From positions 4,320,001 to 4,384,000 of the forward strand of contig CAWIAD010000002.1 of NCBI GenBank assembly GCA_963833985.1: a stretch of DNA of 64,000 nt. The letters run 5' to 3'. The position numbers and the translations under genes are program-made. The notes under the pieces were generated by a model that was given only the letters and a program-made list of their open reading frames with translations, was not told the DNA's origin and did not search any database. The DNA comes from an uncultured Planctomycetaceae bacterium. Lineage in GTDB: Bacteria > Planctomycetota > Planctomycetia > Isosphaerales > Isosphaeraceae. Each line of letters begins with the position of its first letter. Within the stretch, counting starts at the first letter, position 1. This document shows positions 31,407 to 41,274 of the stretch, piece by piece.

Positions 31407-32501
31407 ATGAACCGCCACTTCCAGCGCGTAGGTCTTGCCTGTCTTGGATGCTTACTGACATCAACCGCCCTCGCACTCGGCGCCGACCGGCCCGCCAGCG
31501 AAATCCTCAAGGACATCGATAGTGTCAAGACACCCGCGCTGGATCGCGCGAAGGTCCGCGATCGCGAATACGTGCAGAAGTATATCAAGGACCGGCAGGA
31601 AGCCGTCGACAAGCGCCGAGGTCTGATCCTCGAGCTCTACAAGGCCGACCCGGACAATGAGCGCATCGCCACGCTGATGGCTGAGCGCTGGGGAAACACG
31701 TCTCCGGCCGTCGATCAGATCGACAACCTGGTCAAGGAAATCGACGAGACCATCGCCCGTACGAAGAACGAGAAGCTGAAAATCGAAGGCTTGTTCATGA
31801 AAGCCCAGGCGACCCTGTTCAAGTTCCGCCAGCAGGGCGAAGGCAAGCTGGACACGTCGGCCATCGATGCGTTCGTGAAGCTGGCACCGAAGGACCCGCG
31901 CAGCGCCCAGATGCTGTACATGGCCGCGGCCACCATCGAGGACGCGAAGACGAAAACGGCGCTGGAAGATCAGATCCTCAAGAATTACCCGGACAGCCAG
32001 TTCGCGCCGATGATCCTGGGCAGCCGAAAGCAGAAGGAAAGCATCGGCAAACCGTTCGAGCTGGAGTTCAACGACGCAACCAGCGGCTCGACCATCTCGA
32101 TGAACAATCTCAAGGGCAAGGTGGTGGTGGTCGACTTCTGGGCCACGTGGTGCGGGCCCTGCGTCGCCGAGATGCCGAACATGAAGAAGCTGTACGAGAA
32201 GTACCACGGGAAGGGCGTGGAGTTCCTGGGCGTGAGCCTGGACCAGCCCAAGGAAGACGGAGGTCTCGACGCGCTCAAGAAGTTCGTCAAGGAGCGCGAA
32301 ATCCCCTGGCCGCAGTATTACCAGGGCAAGGGCTGGGCGAGCGACTTCTCCAAGTCCTGGGGTATCAACGCGATTCCCGCGATGTTCGTGGTGGACCAGC
32401 AAGGCAAGCTCTTCTCGGTCGAGGCCCGCGGCAAGCTCGAGGAACTGATCCCCGAACTGCTGGCGAAGAAGTCCGAGAAAACGCCAGCGGGCGGCCAGTG
32501 A
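31407..32501 (+). CDS. Exported TlpA/redoxin family thiol-disulfide oxidoreductase
   Basis: Signal peptide; KGKVVVVDFWATWCGPC; WGINAIPAMFVVD. Confidence 0.92.
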   Translation: MNRHFQRVGLACLGCLLTSTALALGADRPASEILKDIDSVKTPALDRAKVRDREYVQKYIKDRQEAVDKRRGLILELYKADPDNERIATLMAERWGNTSPAVDQIDNLVKEIDETIARTKNEKLKIEGLFMKAQATLFKFRQQGEGKLDTSAIDAFVKLAPKDPRSAQMLYMAAATIEDAKTKTALEDQILKNYPDSQFAPMILGSRKQKESIGKPFELEFNDATSGSTISMNNLKGKVVVVDFWATWCGPCVAEMPNMKKLYEKYHGKGVEFLGVSLDQPKEDGGLDALKKFVKEREIPWPQYYQGKGWASDFSKSWGINAIPAMFVVDQQGKLFSVEARGKLEELIPELLAKKSEKTPAGGQ

Positions 32502-32582
32502 AGTCGTGGTCGCAAGACGGAGCGAGTCGGCCGGACAGCGGCGGGGCGTGGCGGCCCTGCCGGCTGGCCGTTTTCCCCTGCT

Positions 32583-34094
32583 TCAACAATCCGGATCACG
32601 GCGGTCGATCAGTTTCCGCAAGACTGCCAGGTCGACCGGCTTGACGAGATAGCTCTCGAAACCAGCCTCCTGCCCGCGCATGCGGTCCTCGGGCCGGGCA
32701 TAGCCGCTCATCGCCACCAGGCGGGGCCGGGGCGTGCACGCCGTCTGAAGGAGCAGCCGCGCCACCTCGAAGCCGTCCATGCCCGGCATGCCGATGTCGA
32801 GCAGGATGAACGCGGGATGAAAGCTCCGCGCCTCTTCGATTGCCGCCAGGCCGCTTCTGGCCACCCGGCACTCATGCCCCCAGAACCGCAGGACGCCGGT
32901 CAGGCTTTCGGTCATCGCCGCATGATCGTCGACGACGAGCACGCGGCAGCCGCTTGCAGACTGCTGCCCGACTGCTTCGCTCACGATGCGGTGGGTCGAG
33001 GACGGATCAGTAGTCAGCGGTAAGATCAGCAGGAACTCGCTTCCCTTGCCCGGCCCTGCGCTGGAGGCGGTCAACCTGCCGCCGTGCAGCGCCGCCAGGC
33101 GGCGGGCCAGGGTCAGCCCGATCCCCAGTCCTCCCAGCGACCGGTCGAGGTCCTGGTCGGCCTGCTCGAAGAGCTGGAAGATCCGGCCCAGCATTTCCGG
33201 GGCGATGCCCACTCCGTTGTCGCGGATGGCCAACTCGACAGTACGCTCGCGAAACCGTGCAAGAACCTCGATCCTGCCTCCGCTGTCGGTGTATTTCGCG
33301 GCATTGGTCAGCAGGTTCACGAGGATCTGCTCGATCCTCACCGGGTCGGCGAAGAGGCTTATCGGGCCCTCGGGAATGGACATATGCAGGGAATGCCCCT
33401 TGCTTTCCAGCAGCGGGCGCGCGGAGGCGATGGTCCGCTCGATAACCACGCGGAGGCTGGTCATTTCGGGACGCAGCGCGAGCTTCCCGGTGCGGATCCG
33501 CGAGACGTCCAGCAGGTCGTCGACCAGGCGCGTGAGCGAGTTCACCTCTTGCTCGATGATCTCGCTGGTCCGGGCCAGCAACGTGGCATCGCGGCCGCGC
33601 TGCTTGAGGATGTACACGGCATTGCGAATGGGCGCCAGGGGATTGCGCAGTTCGTGCGCGAGGGTTGCCAGGAATTCATCCTTGCGGCGGTCAGCGTCGG
33701 CAAGCTCCTCGACCTTCTGGCGGAGCTGGTTTTCCAGGGCCTTGCGGACGCTGACATCGCGAAGCGTGGCCAGCAGCGCGCGCTCGCCCTCCCAGTCGGT
33801 CTCGGTCACGCGCATGTCGGCGACGCGCACCGCTCCGGTCGCCAGCGGCAGATCGATCTCGGTGGTTTCCCCGGGAACCATCGGAATGCCGAAGAACGTG
33901 CCAACCAGCTCATCGGGGCTGCGTTCCAGGAGCTCCGTGGCCGCCGGGTTGGCGTAGCGGATCAGGCCGCCCGGGCTCATCACCAGGATCCCGTCCAGGT
34001 TCTTCTCGATGATATTGTGGAAGCGACTCTCGCTCAGCGCCAGGGCCGTGCGAAGCGCGCGCCGTTCGTCGGGAGCACTGCTGGACCCGTCCAT
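32583..34094 (-). CDS. PAS-HisKA-HATPase-REC hybrid histidine kinase
   Basis: PAS (LIRYANPAA), H-box [48 protein letters not shown]. Confidence 0.92.
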   Translation of the reverse strand: MDGSSSAPDERRALRTALALSESRFHNIIEKNLDGILVMSPGGLIRYANPAATELLERSPDELVGTFFGIPMVPGETTEIDLPLATGAVRVADMRVTETDWEGERALLATLRDVSVRKALENQLRQKVEELADADRRKDEFLATLAHELRNPLAPIRNAVYILKQRGRDATLLARTSEIIEQEVNSLTRLVDDLLDVSRIRTGKLALRPEMTSLRVVIERTIASARPLLESKGHSLHMSIPEGPISLFADPVRIEQILVNLLTNAAKYTDSGGRIEVLARFRERTVELAIRDNGVGIAPEMLGRIFQLFEQADQDLDRSLGGLGIGLTLARRLAALHGGRLTASSAGPGKGSEFLLILPLTTDPSSTHRIVSEAVGQQSASGCRVLVVDDHAAMTESLTGVLRFWGHECRVARSGLAAIEEARSFHPAFILLDIGMPGMDGFEVARLLLQTACTPRPRLVAMSGYARPEDRMRGQEAGFESYLVKPVDLAVLRKLIDRRDPDC

Positions 34095-34098
34095 GTCC

Positions 34099-35658
34099 TT
34101 ATCCGCTCGATGGCGTTCGCTGCGAGGGCATTTCTTTCGACTCTTCGAGTACGAGGAGTTCGAGCTCTCTCAGCTCGCCGGGAGTCACATGGCGGAAGTT
34201 ACCCGAGAGGATGCCGAAGACGCTGCGGAACGGAGCGCCGATGTGCAGCCCGGTTGCGTCGATGGTGAACTCACGGATGTCCTTGTTGTGAAACGATCCG
34301 CGCATCTTGAGCACGCCGAGCCCGCGCCGCATCTGGCCCAGCTTCTCGACGTAACGAAGCAGGATGATGGTGTCGGTGATTGTGGAGATATGGGTCTCGG
34401 TGATGGAAGCTCCGCCCAGGATGGACGATGTCGTCGCGGTGTAGAGGCCCGGGATCTCGCGGTGCTTGATGAACGAGGTGAGCGCGATCACGAACTCGCG
34501 GAAGCTCTTCTCGGTGGCCACCCGCTCCAGGGCCGAGAGGCTGTCGATGGCCACGCGGTGCGGGTTGAAGAGCTCGATCTCCTTCTTGATGCGGATCAGG
34601 TGGTCCTCGATGGCGGCCGCCTCCGGGTACTCGCAAAGCACGCGAAAGAGCCCGCGCTGCTCCATGTCCTCGAAATCGACGCCCCAGCCATGGGCGTTGC
34701 GGAAGAGCTGCTCGCGGCTTTCCTCGAATGCGAAGAGCAGCGAGCGCTGGCCCGACTGCACGCCGGCGGCCAGGAACTCGGTAGTGAGCAGGGTCTTGCC
34801 GGTTCCCGTCGGTCCGGAGACCAGGATCACCGAATCGCGGAAGAAGCCGCCCCCGCAGAGGGAGTCCAGCTCGGTGTTGCCCGTGCTCAGCCTGGCCTCG
34901 GACGACTTCTGCTGGAGCTCGATCGCCGAGAGCGGAATCACCACGATTCCCTCGTTGGGCACGATCGTCAGCGGCCATTCACCCTTCTGGTGCGTGGCGC
35001 CTCGAAACTTGAGGATCTCCACCGTGCGCCGCCTCACCTCGTCCTGAAGCACATTGCGGAAGATGATCACGTTGTCGGAGACGAACTCCTCGATGCCGAA
35101 CCGCGAGACCGGACCGTACTCATCGAGGCGCTCCGCGGTGATGATCGATGTCACGCCCATCCTTTTCAGCGCCATGGTGATGCGGAAGAGCTCCTGCCGC
35201 ACCGTGGCGTGGTCGTCAAATTGCGAGAAAATCCCGCCCAGCGAGTCGAGCGAGACGCGCCGGGCGTGGACTCTGCGGACAGCGTGGTCGATCCGGGCAA
35301 TCAGCGCGTCGAGATCGAAGGCGCCGGAGATCTGCACGCGCTCGCCGGGTGTCGGCGAGGCGTTCACGAAGGCCCAGCGCCCTTCGGCCTCCCATCGCGT
35401 GATGTCCCAGCCGAACCCCTTCACGTTGCGGACGATGTCCTCGGGCAGTTCTTCGAACGTGACGAAGACGCCATTGTCATCGGCCTGCTCGATGCCCGCC
35501 GCCAGGAACTGGACGGCAAAGACGGTCTTGGCACTTCCCGACGTACCGGAAAGCAAGGTGACCCGCCCCTGGGGCAACCCTCCATTGGCGATCAGGTCAA
35601 AGCCGGTGATCTCGGTCCGCATCTTGGGAACCGAGAGAGGGGGATCGATCGTTCTCAA
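34099..35658 (-). CDS. kaiC: Circadian clock protein KaiC (double domain, Ser-Thr phosphosites)
   Basis: CI GTSGSAKT and FEE; CII GPTGTGKT and FEESREQLFRNA; HISTITDTIILLRYVE carries the ST pair; KMRGSFHNKDIREF. Confidence 0.95.
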   Translation of the reverse strand: MRTIDPPLSVPKMRTEITGFDLIANGGLPQGRVTLLSGTSGSAKTVFAVQFLAAGIEQADDNGVFVTFEELPEDIVRNVKGFGWDITRWEAEGRWAFVNASPTPGERVQISGAFDLDALIARIDHAVRRVHARRVSLDSLGGIFSQFDDHATVRQELFRITMALKRMGVTSIITAERLDEYGPVSRFGIEEFVSDNVIIFRNVLQDEVRRRTVEILKFRGATHQKGEWPLTIVPNEGIVVIPLSAIELQQKSSEARLSTGNTELDSLCGGGFFRDSVILVSGPTGTGKTLLTTEFLAAGVQSGQRSLLFAFEESREQLFRNAHGWGVDFEDMEQRGLFRVLCEYPEAAAIEDHLIRIKKEIELFNPHRVAIDSLSALERVATEKSFREFVIALTSFIKHREIPGLYTATTSSILGGASITETHISTITDTIILLRYVEKLGQMRRGLGVLKMRGSFHNKDIREFTIDATGLHIGAPFRSVFGILSGNFRHVTPGELRELELLVLEESKEMPSQRTPSSG

Positions 35659-35670
35659 CTGAGAATTCCC

Positions 35671-35976
35671 TCAATCCATCCGGGTCTGCGGCGCCTCGCT
35701 CCTGGCGGTGTGCAGATCCAGACCCACGAGCACACGTTCCGCGTCGGAGAGGTCGCCGATAATCCTCCGGATCGGCGGTGGCAATTCCTTCACCACGGTG
35801 GGTGTTGCCAGTATCTTTTCATCCTCGGCGAGCTGGGGCCGTTCCAGCACGTCGATGACCACCAGATCATAGGCTCCGCGGAGCTCCTCCTCACAGATCC
35901 GGCGGAGGTTTTCGATGGCTCTTTGAGACCGGGGGGTCTGGCCCGTGACATAGAGCTTGATCACGTACGTGTCCAT
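35671..35976 (-). CDS. kaiB: Circadian clock protein KaiB
   Basis: [14 protein letters not shown]...[38 protein letters not shown]...LVGLDL; GAGG RBS. Confidence 0.95.
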   Translation of the reverse strand: MDTYVIKLYVTGQTPRSQRAIENLRRICEEELRGAYDLVVIDVLERPQLAEDEKILATPTVVKELPPPIRRIIGDLSDAERVLVGLDLHTARSEAPQTRMD

Positions 35977-36294
35977 GGCCACCTCTTCGCCGTGGTTTCG
36001 GTTCCCGAATGAGCCGCCAGTGACGGTTACGGAAGGCACTCAGGCCCAGGACCCACAGCGCGACTTGCCGCGGCAGGACTCCCTTTCCCGCAGCGAAACC
36101 TGGCCCTCGCCAGCAAGTCCGTGGATCAGCATAATCACCGGCCAGCGGTGATTTCCAGTCGAAACCCGCGCTTTTTTGGCCCCGCGGGGGCTCCAGACTT
36201 CGCGCCTCGGGGGAGCTGCCGCGAGGCACACCTGCGTCGGTGATCCGGTGGACGATCCGGTGGACGAATCGGGGGATGGTCCGCACCAGGATCT

Positions 36295-37486
36295 TCAGGC
36301 CGGTTCCACGGCGACGGGCGTCTCGCCAGCCGGGTCCACAACGCGGAACGTCCTGCGGCCCTCGAGGATCTCGAGCATGAGCTGGCCGCAAAACTGCCCT
36401 CTCCATCCCTCGAGCAAGGCTGGGGGATCGTGGGCAGGCCGTCCACCCGAGAACCAGCGGACCAGGTGCTTGAGGTCCGAGACATTGGCCACCAGTCCGC
36501 TGGAGACCTTTTGCTGGAGGCAAAGCTGGCCCAGTGCCGCCGAGAGCAGGCTCGCCACGGTCGACAGCCCTGGGCTGTCGTCCGGGCGGTGTGCCGGCAC
36601 CGGAAGCTGGTCTTCCGGAACGCTCCGCGCAGCCTCGATGACGGCGAGGATGGCCTGGCTCTTGCTCATGAGCGCGGGCCGGTTGAATTCGCGGAGCGCT
36701 TCCAGGTCGCGACGCGAGGCCGGCTGCCGCCGGGCAATCGCCACCAGAAGATCGTCGCGCAGCACCTGCCGCAAGGGCCGGTTCTGTCTCCGTGCCTCGT
36801 CCTCGCGCCAGCCGGCCAGTTGCCGGGCCGCTTCCAGGGCCCGGCGGTTGAGCTGGTGTAAACCGGGCAGCCGACGCCAGCGCTCCTGGTCCGACCGGTC
36901 CAGCGCGGCACTCAGGAAGTCGGCAAACTCGGCCTCGGCCCATTCGGTCCGGCCCAGTCGCGCCAGCCCATCCATCAGCCGATCGGCAATCGGCAGCAGG
37001 TAGCGCACGTCATCCAGCGCATAACGGAGCTGCGCCGGGCTGAGCGGCCGCCGCCGCCAGTCCGTCCGCGTTTCGGAGCTGGGCACGGCGATCTGCATCG
37101 TCTGCCCCACCAGGTTGGCCAGCGAGAGAGGATAGCTGTACCCCACCAGGCCCGCCGCAATCTGCACGTCGAAGATCCGGCGGGGCAGCTTCTGCGTGCG
37201 CAGCAGGCAGATCCTCATGTCCTCTCCGGCGGCATGCATCACCACCTCCAGACGCGGGTCGTGCACCAGATCCCAGAACGGGTCCAGGTCGCCCACCGCC
37301 TGGGGATCGATGGCCGCCAGGCGATCCTGGGTGGCGACCTGAACCAGGCAGAGCACCGGCTCGAAAGTCTCTTCCGAGACGAACTCGGTATCGAAGGCGA
37401 AGCGGCCGGCCGCACGAACGTGATCGGCCAGCTCGCGCAGGCTGAGCCGGCCTGTGGATGAGGCTCTCGTCCTGGAATTGGGTCAT
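36295..37486 (-). CDS. rnd: Ribonuclease D (3'-5' exonuclease plus HRDC); frameshift near 37440
   Basis: FAFDTEFVSE, LCLVQVAT, HAAGED, FDVQIAA, TDWRRRPLSPAQLRYALDDV, WREDEARRQN; ATG 37486 is in the adjacent frame. Confidence 0.88.
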
Positions 37487-37554
37487 GATAAGAATCGGCG
37501 GGGTCTTGCCGGAACGGAGATCGGCCGGCGGTGATCGGAGGAACACATGAGAAA

Positions 37555-38361
37555 TCAGGTGCGCCGCAGTCGTGGAGCGGACGGTGTGCCCAGCCGGTTC
37601 AGGAACGCCAGGATCGCGGCGTTGACGGCGGACGGATTCTCGAAAGGAGCCAGGTGCCCGGCGGCCGGGATGATCTCCAGCCGGGCGTCGGGCAAGGACA
37701 TCGCCAGCTCGCGAGCCTCCGCCGGCGGCGAGATCACGTCCTCCTGGCCCACCAGGACAAGAGTGGGAACGGCGATCGACTTGAGCCCCTCGCGGCGGTC
37801 GGGGCGAACGGCCATGCCGCGCAAGGCGCCCGCAATGCCCTGCGGCTTCGTCCGTTCCATGACCGCCAGCATCGCCTCCAGGCGTTGCGGCTGCTTCTCC
37901 CGGGTGGTCTTGCCAAAGAGCCGCGGAACCATGGTCTCGATCATCGACTGGCCGCTCCCCTCACGAAGCACGTTGCGGGCTAGCTCCTCGCGCCCCTTCG
38001 CCGCTTCGGGGGTGTCCGCGGCGGCGCGGGTGTCGCACAGGATCAACCCGCGAACCCGTTGCGGGTGGCGCAGTACCAGCGCCAGCGCCACGTATCCGCC
38101 CATCGACAGGCCGCCCAGGACGACTGGCTCCCGGATCTCCAGCCGGTCCAGCAGCTCAATCACGTCGTCGGCCATCTCTTCCATGGTGTATGCGCCGTCG
38201 GGGCACTCGGATTCGCCGTGCCCCCGCAGATCCGGCGCAATCACGCGGCACAGCGCGCCGAGCGTGGCGAGCTGTTCCACCCACATCTCGCGGCTGAGTG
38301 GGAACCCATGCAGCAACACCAGAATCGGTGCGTGCTTCGTGTCCGAAAAAGCCAGTTGCAT
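37555..38361 (-). CDS. Alpha/beta fold hydrolase (PcaD-like)
   Basis: LLHGFP, APDLRGHGES, GLSMGG nucleophile elbow, GQED, AGHL. Confidence 0.9.
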   Translation of the reverse strand: MQLAFSDTKHAPILVLLHGFPLSREMWVEQLATLGALCRVIAPDLRGHGESECPDGAYTMEEMADDVIELLDRLEIREPVVLGGLSMGGYVALALVLRHPQRVRGLILCDTRAAADTPEAAKGREELARNVLREGSGQSMIETMVPRLFGKTTREKQPQRLEAMLAVMERTKPQGIAGALRGMAVRPDRREGLKSIAVPTLVLVGQEDVISPPAEARELAMSLPDARLEIIPAAGHLAPFENPSAVNAAILAFLNRLGTPSAPRLRRT

Positions 38362-38681
38362 CGGCTTTCTCCCGGTAACGAGAACCGAGCCTGAACAGAT
38401 TCCGTACAGTCTATTCCAAAAGTCCGCACCTTCGCGAGTCCGCCCTGTCTCACGAAATTCGCCGCACCTGGCATCGAGCGACGAAATAAACCCCCGCGGG
38501 CGCACGCGATTTGCACCGCTTGCTCCGGTCGCTGCCGACCCCGCTGCTACGCTCGATCTCCGCGAATTGTTCAGCCGGTCGTCGCCCGCAACGCCGTCCA
38601 ACTGGCGGCGCCGGCTGCTGGTGCTTTACAATACGTTCTTCCGAGATAGAGTCTGAGACCGGAATCCCGAGGAAGAAGAAC

Positions 38682-39002
38682 ATGCCGACCGCCAACGAAC
38701 TCTATGACCTTGCCGTCGACCTGCGCGACCAGGGCGACAAGCCGGGCGCCGTGGCCAAGCTCGAGCAGGCCATCGAAGTCGACCCTGGTTGTGCCATCGC
38801 CCACGGCATGCTTGCCAAGCTGTACGCGGACCTCGCCGAGAGCGACAAGGCCATCGCGCACGCCAGCAAGGTGGTCGAGCTGGAGCCGGACGACGCCTTC
38901 AGCTACACGGCCCTCTCCGTGATCTACCAGCGTTGCGGGCGGATCCCGGAAGCCGAGCACGCCAAGGCCATGGCCTATCAGAAGCAGATGGGCTTCGAGT
39001 GA
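38682..39002 (+). CDS. Small tetratricopeptide-repeat protein
   Basis: TPR-like helices AVAKLEQAIEVDP...AHGMLAKLY...VVELEPDDAFSYTALS. Confidence 0.8.
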   Translation: MPTANELYDLAVDLRDQGDKPGAVAKLEQAIEVDPGCAIAHGMLAKLYADLAESDKAIAHASKVVELEPDDAFSYTALSVIYQRCGRIPEAEHAKAMAYQKQMGFE

Positions 39003-39078
39003 GCGGCCAGAGGCACTTGCCCTACCATGAGCACGCTCTGAAACCGTCCTGACCGCGCCACATTGCTGGGACTGAACC

Positions 39079-40401
39079 GTGATGCTGATCCGTTCCGGGT
39101 TGCTGCTGATACTGCTTGCCTTGCCAGGCGCCGCCGGCGCTCAGCCGGGCGCTCCACCTGCCCCGGAGCTCAACCCCTGGTTCGTCTCCCATCGCGAGCA
39201 GCTACTCGGCCTGTACACGCACCTGCACACTCATCCGGAGCTGTCGCACCGCGAACTGGAGACTGCGGCGCGGCTGGCCGACGAGCTGAAACACGTGGGA
39301 GCCAGGGTGACCACAGGCGTGGGCAAGACGGGGGTCGTCGGCGTGCTCACGAACGGGCCCGGCCCCGTTGTCCTGGTCCGCACCGACATGGACGCACTGC
39401 CGGTCGTGGAGCAGACCGGGCTCGCCTACGCCAGCAAGGTGAAGACTCGCGACGCCCAGGGACGTGAGGTCGGCGTGATGCACGCCTGTGGGCACGACGT
39501 GCACATGACTTGCTTCATCGGCACCGCGCAGTGGCTGGCCGATCACAAGGAGCGCTGGAGCGGAACGGTCGTGCTCATCGGCCAGCCGGCCGAGGAAGCC
39601 ATCAGCGGCGCGCGCGACATGCTGGCCGATGGTCTGTACGCGCGCTTTCCGAGGCCGGATTTCGCGCTCGCCTTGCACTGCGCCGCCAGCGAGCAGGCAG
39701 GCACGGTCTATTACCGCCCGGGCCCGCTGCTGGCCAGTTCCACGTCGCTCTCGGTGATCATCCGGGGCAAGGGCGGCCATGGTGCGTGGCCGCACCGCAC
39801 GGTCGACCCTGTTGTCCTGGCGGCGCTGGCGGTGCTCGACTTCCAGACGATCGTCAGCCGCGAGATCGAGCCGCTCGAGCCTGCCGTGCTCACCGTGGGC
39901 TCGATCCACGGTGGAACCAGGCCGAACATCATCGGCGACGAGGTCAGGCTCCAGCTCACCTTGCGCGCGTTCTCGGAGCCGGTGCGGCTACAGCTCATCG
40001 AGGGCGTCAAGCGCCGGGCGGAAGCGCTGTCACAGGCCCACAGGGCCCCTGCGCCCACCGTCGAGGTCGAGGAGTCCACGCCGGCGACGGTGAATGACCC
40101 GGCACTCGTGCAGAGGGTGATCCCTTTCTTGAAGACGGCTCTCGGCCCGGAGAACGTCCGTGCGACCACCCCGGTGATGGGCGCCGAGGATTTCTCGCTC
40201 TACGCCGAGGGAAACGTGCCCATCATGATGTTCTGGATCGGCACGGTCGCACCCGAGCGGATCGCCGCGGCCAAAGCTCAGGGCAAAGACCTGCCCGCGC
40301 TGCACTCGTCCCTCTACCATCCCGAACCCGCCGAGAGCATCGCCACGGGAATCAAGGCCATGACGTCCGCGGTCACGGGCCTGTTGCCGCCGAGACCGTG
40401 A
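39079..40401 (+). CDS. M20D family amidohydrolase with signal peptide
   Basis: HPELS, RTDMDALP, MHACGHDVH, QPAEE, GKGGHGA, GAEDF. Confidence 0.92.
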   Translation: MMLIRSGLLLILLALPGAAGAQPGAPPAPELNPWFVSHREQLLGLYTHLHTHPELSHRELETAARLADELKHVGARVTTGVGKTGVVGVLTNGPGPVVLVRTDMDALPVVEQTGLAYASKVKTRDAQGREVGVMHACGHDVHMTCFIGTAQWLADHKERWSGTVVLIGQPAEEAISGARDMLADGLYARFPRPDFALALHCAASEQAGTVYYRPGPLLASSTSLSVIIRGKGGHGAWPHRTVDPVVLAALAVLDFQTIVSREIEPLEPAVLTVGSIHGGTRPNIIGDEVRLQLTLRAFSEPVRLQLIEGVKRRAEALSQAHRAPAPTVEVEESTPATVNDPALVQRVIPFLKTALGPENVRATTPVMGAEDFSLYAEGNVPIMMFWIGTVAPERIAAAKAQGKDLPALHSSLYHPEPAESIATGIKAMTSAVTGLLPPRP

Positions 40402-40526
40402 CGCCGGACCTTGTGGGATCGCGTTGCGTACGAACCTCAACAGGAGAGTGTCTCTGGCCCTGTATGCCCTGGACATCGGCCCCGTATTCTTGAGCCCCTG
40501 GATTTCCATCGGAGCCATCGCGGGGA

Positions 40527-41090
40527 TCATTGCCTCGGGATCCGCGAGATGAACTCGATAACCGTGCCCCCCTCGGGGTCCTGCACATAGTGGAATGTAC
40601 CCCAGTGGTCGTTCCCTTCGGCCCATTTTCCCTGGGAGATTTCGTCCATGCCGAGCTTCCTGAACTTTTCGAGTTCAGGACCGGTTTCGGGTACGCGGAA
40701 GGCCAGGTGATGCAGCACCTCGCCGTGCTTTTGCAGGTAGTCGCGCCAAGGACTGGGTATATCTTCCATGGGCTCGATGAGCTCGATCGGCGGGCTGGTG
40801 CCCTGGATGAACGCCTGCCTCACGGTGGCGGAGATCGGCTTGCCGTGGTACATCCGGTCCACTCCCTTGTTCGGCGTCCCGACGCGGATATCCTGGAAGC
40901 CCATGGCCTTCCATCTGGCGACCGCCTGATCGAGGTTCTTGACCACGATGCCCACATGAAGCATCGTCGAGTACGGGCTGGCCGCGGCACCGGGCCTTGC
41001 AGCGCCGTGGGCCTGGCCTGGAACCAGGCGGCCGGCCATCACTCCAAGCAGGAAAACACAAGCCACTCCCAGTGTTTTCAGTACGCGCAT
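40527..41090 (-). CDS. Exported VOC/glyoxalase (methylmalonyl-CoA epimerase-like) protein
   Basis: Signal peptide, then HVGIVVKNLD, IELIEP, LHHLAF, VIEF. Confidence 0.8.
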   Translation of the reverse strand: MRVLKTLGVACVFLLGVMAGRLVPGQAHGAARPGAAASPYSTMLHVGIVVKNLDQAVARWKAMGFQDIRVGTPNKGVDRMYHGKPISATVRQAFIQGTSPPIELIEPMEDIPSPWRDYLQKHGEVLHHLAFRVPETGPELEKFRKLGMDEISQGKWAEGNDHWGTFHYVQDPEGGTVIEFISRIPRQ

Positions 41091-41274
41091 CCGGAACCTC
41101 CTGCCGTCGCCGGCAGACACGCAACATCCCGCGGATTGTCAACCTGTCGCACCTCCTCGGCATTCTGCCGGCCGTGCGTCGGGGACGCAAGAGATTGGCA
41201 CTCGGCGCTGGAATTCATCAGTGCCGTAGGTTAGTCTACCGGCAACAACGAGTGCACAGGATCGGGACCCTTCC

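Noticed and set aside
36040..36290. Possible kaiA upstream of kaiB
   Set aside because: The space is short and the small ORFs show no KaiA-like sequence; only a 12-bp tandem (GATCCGGTGGAC x2) is present.
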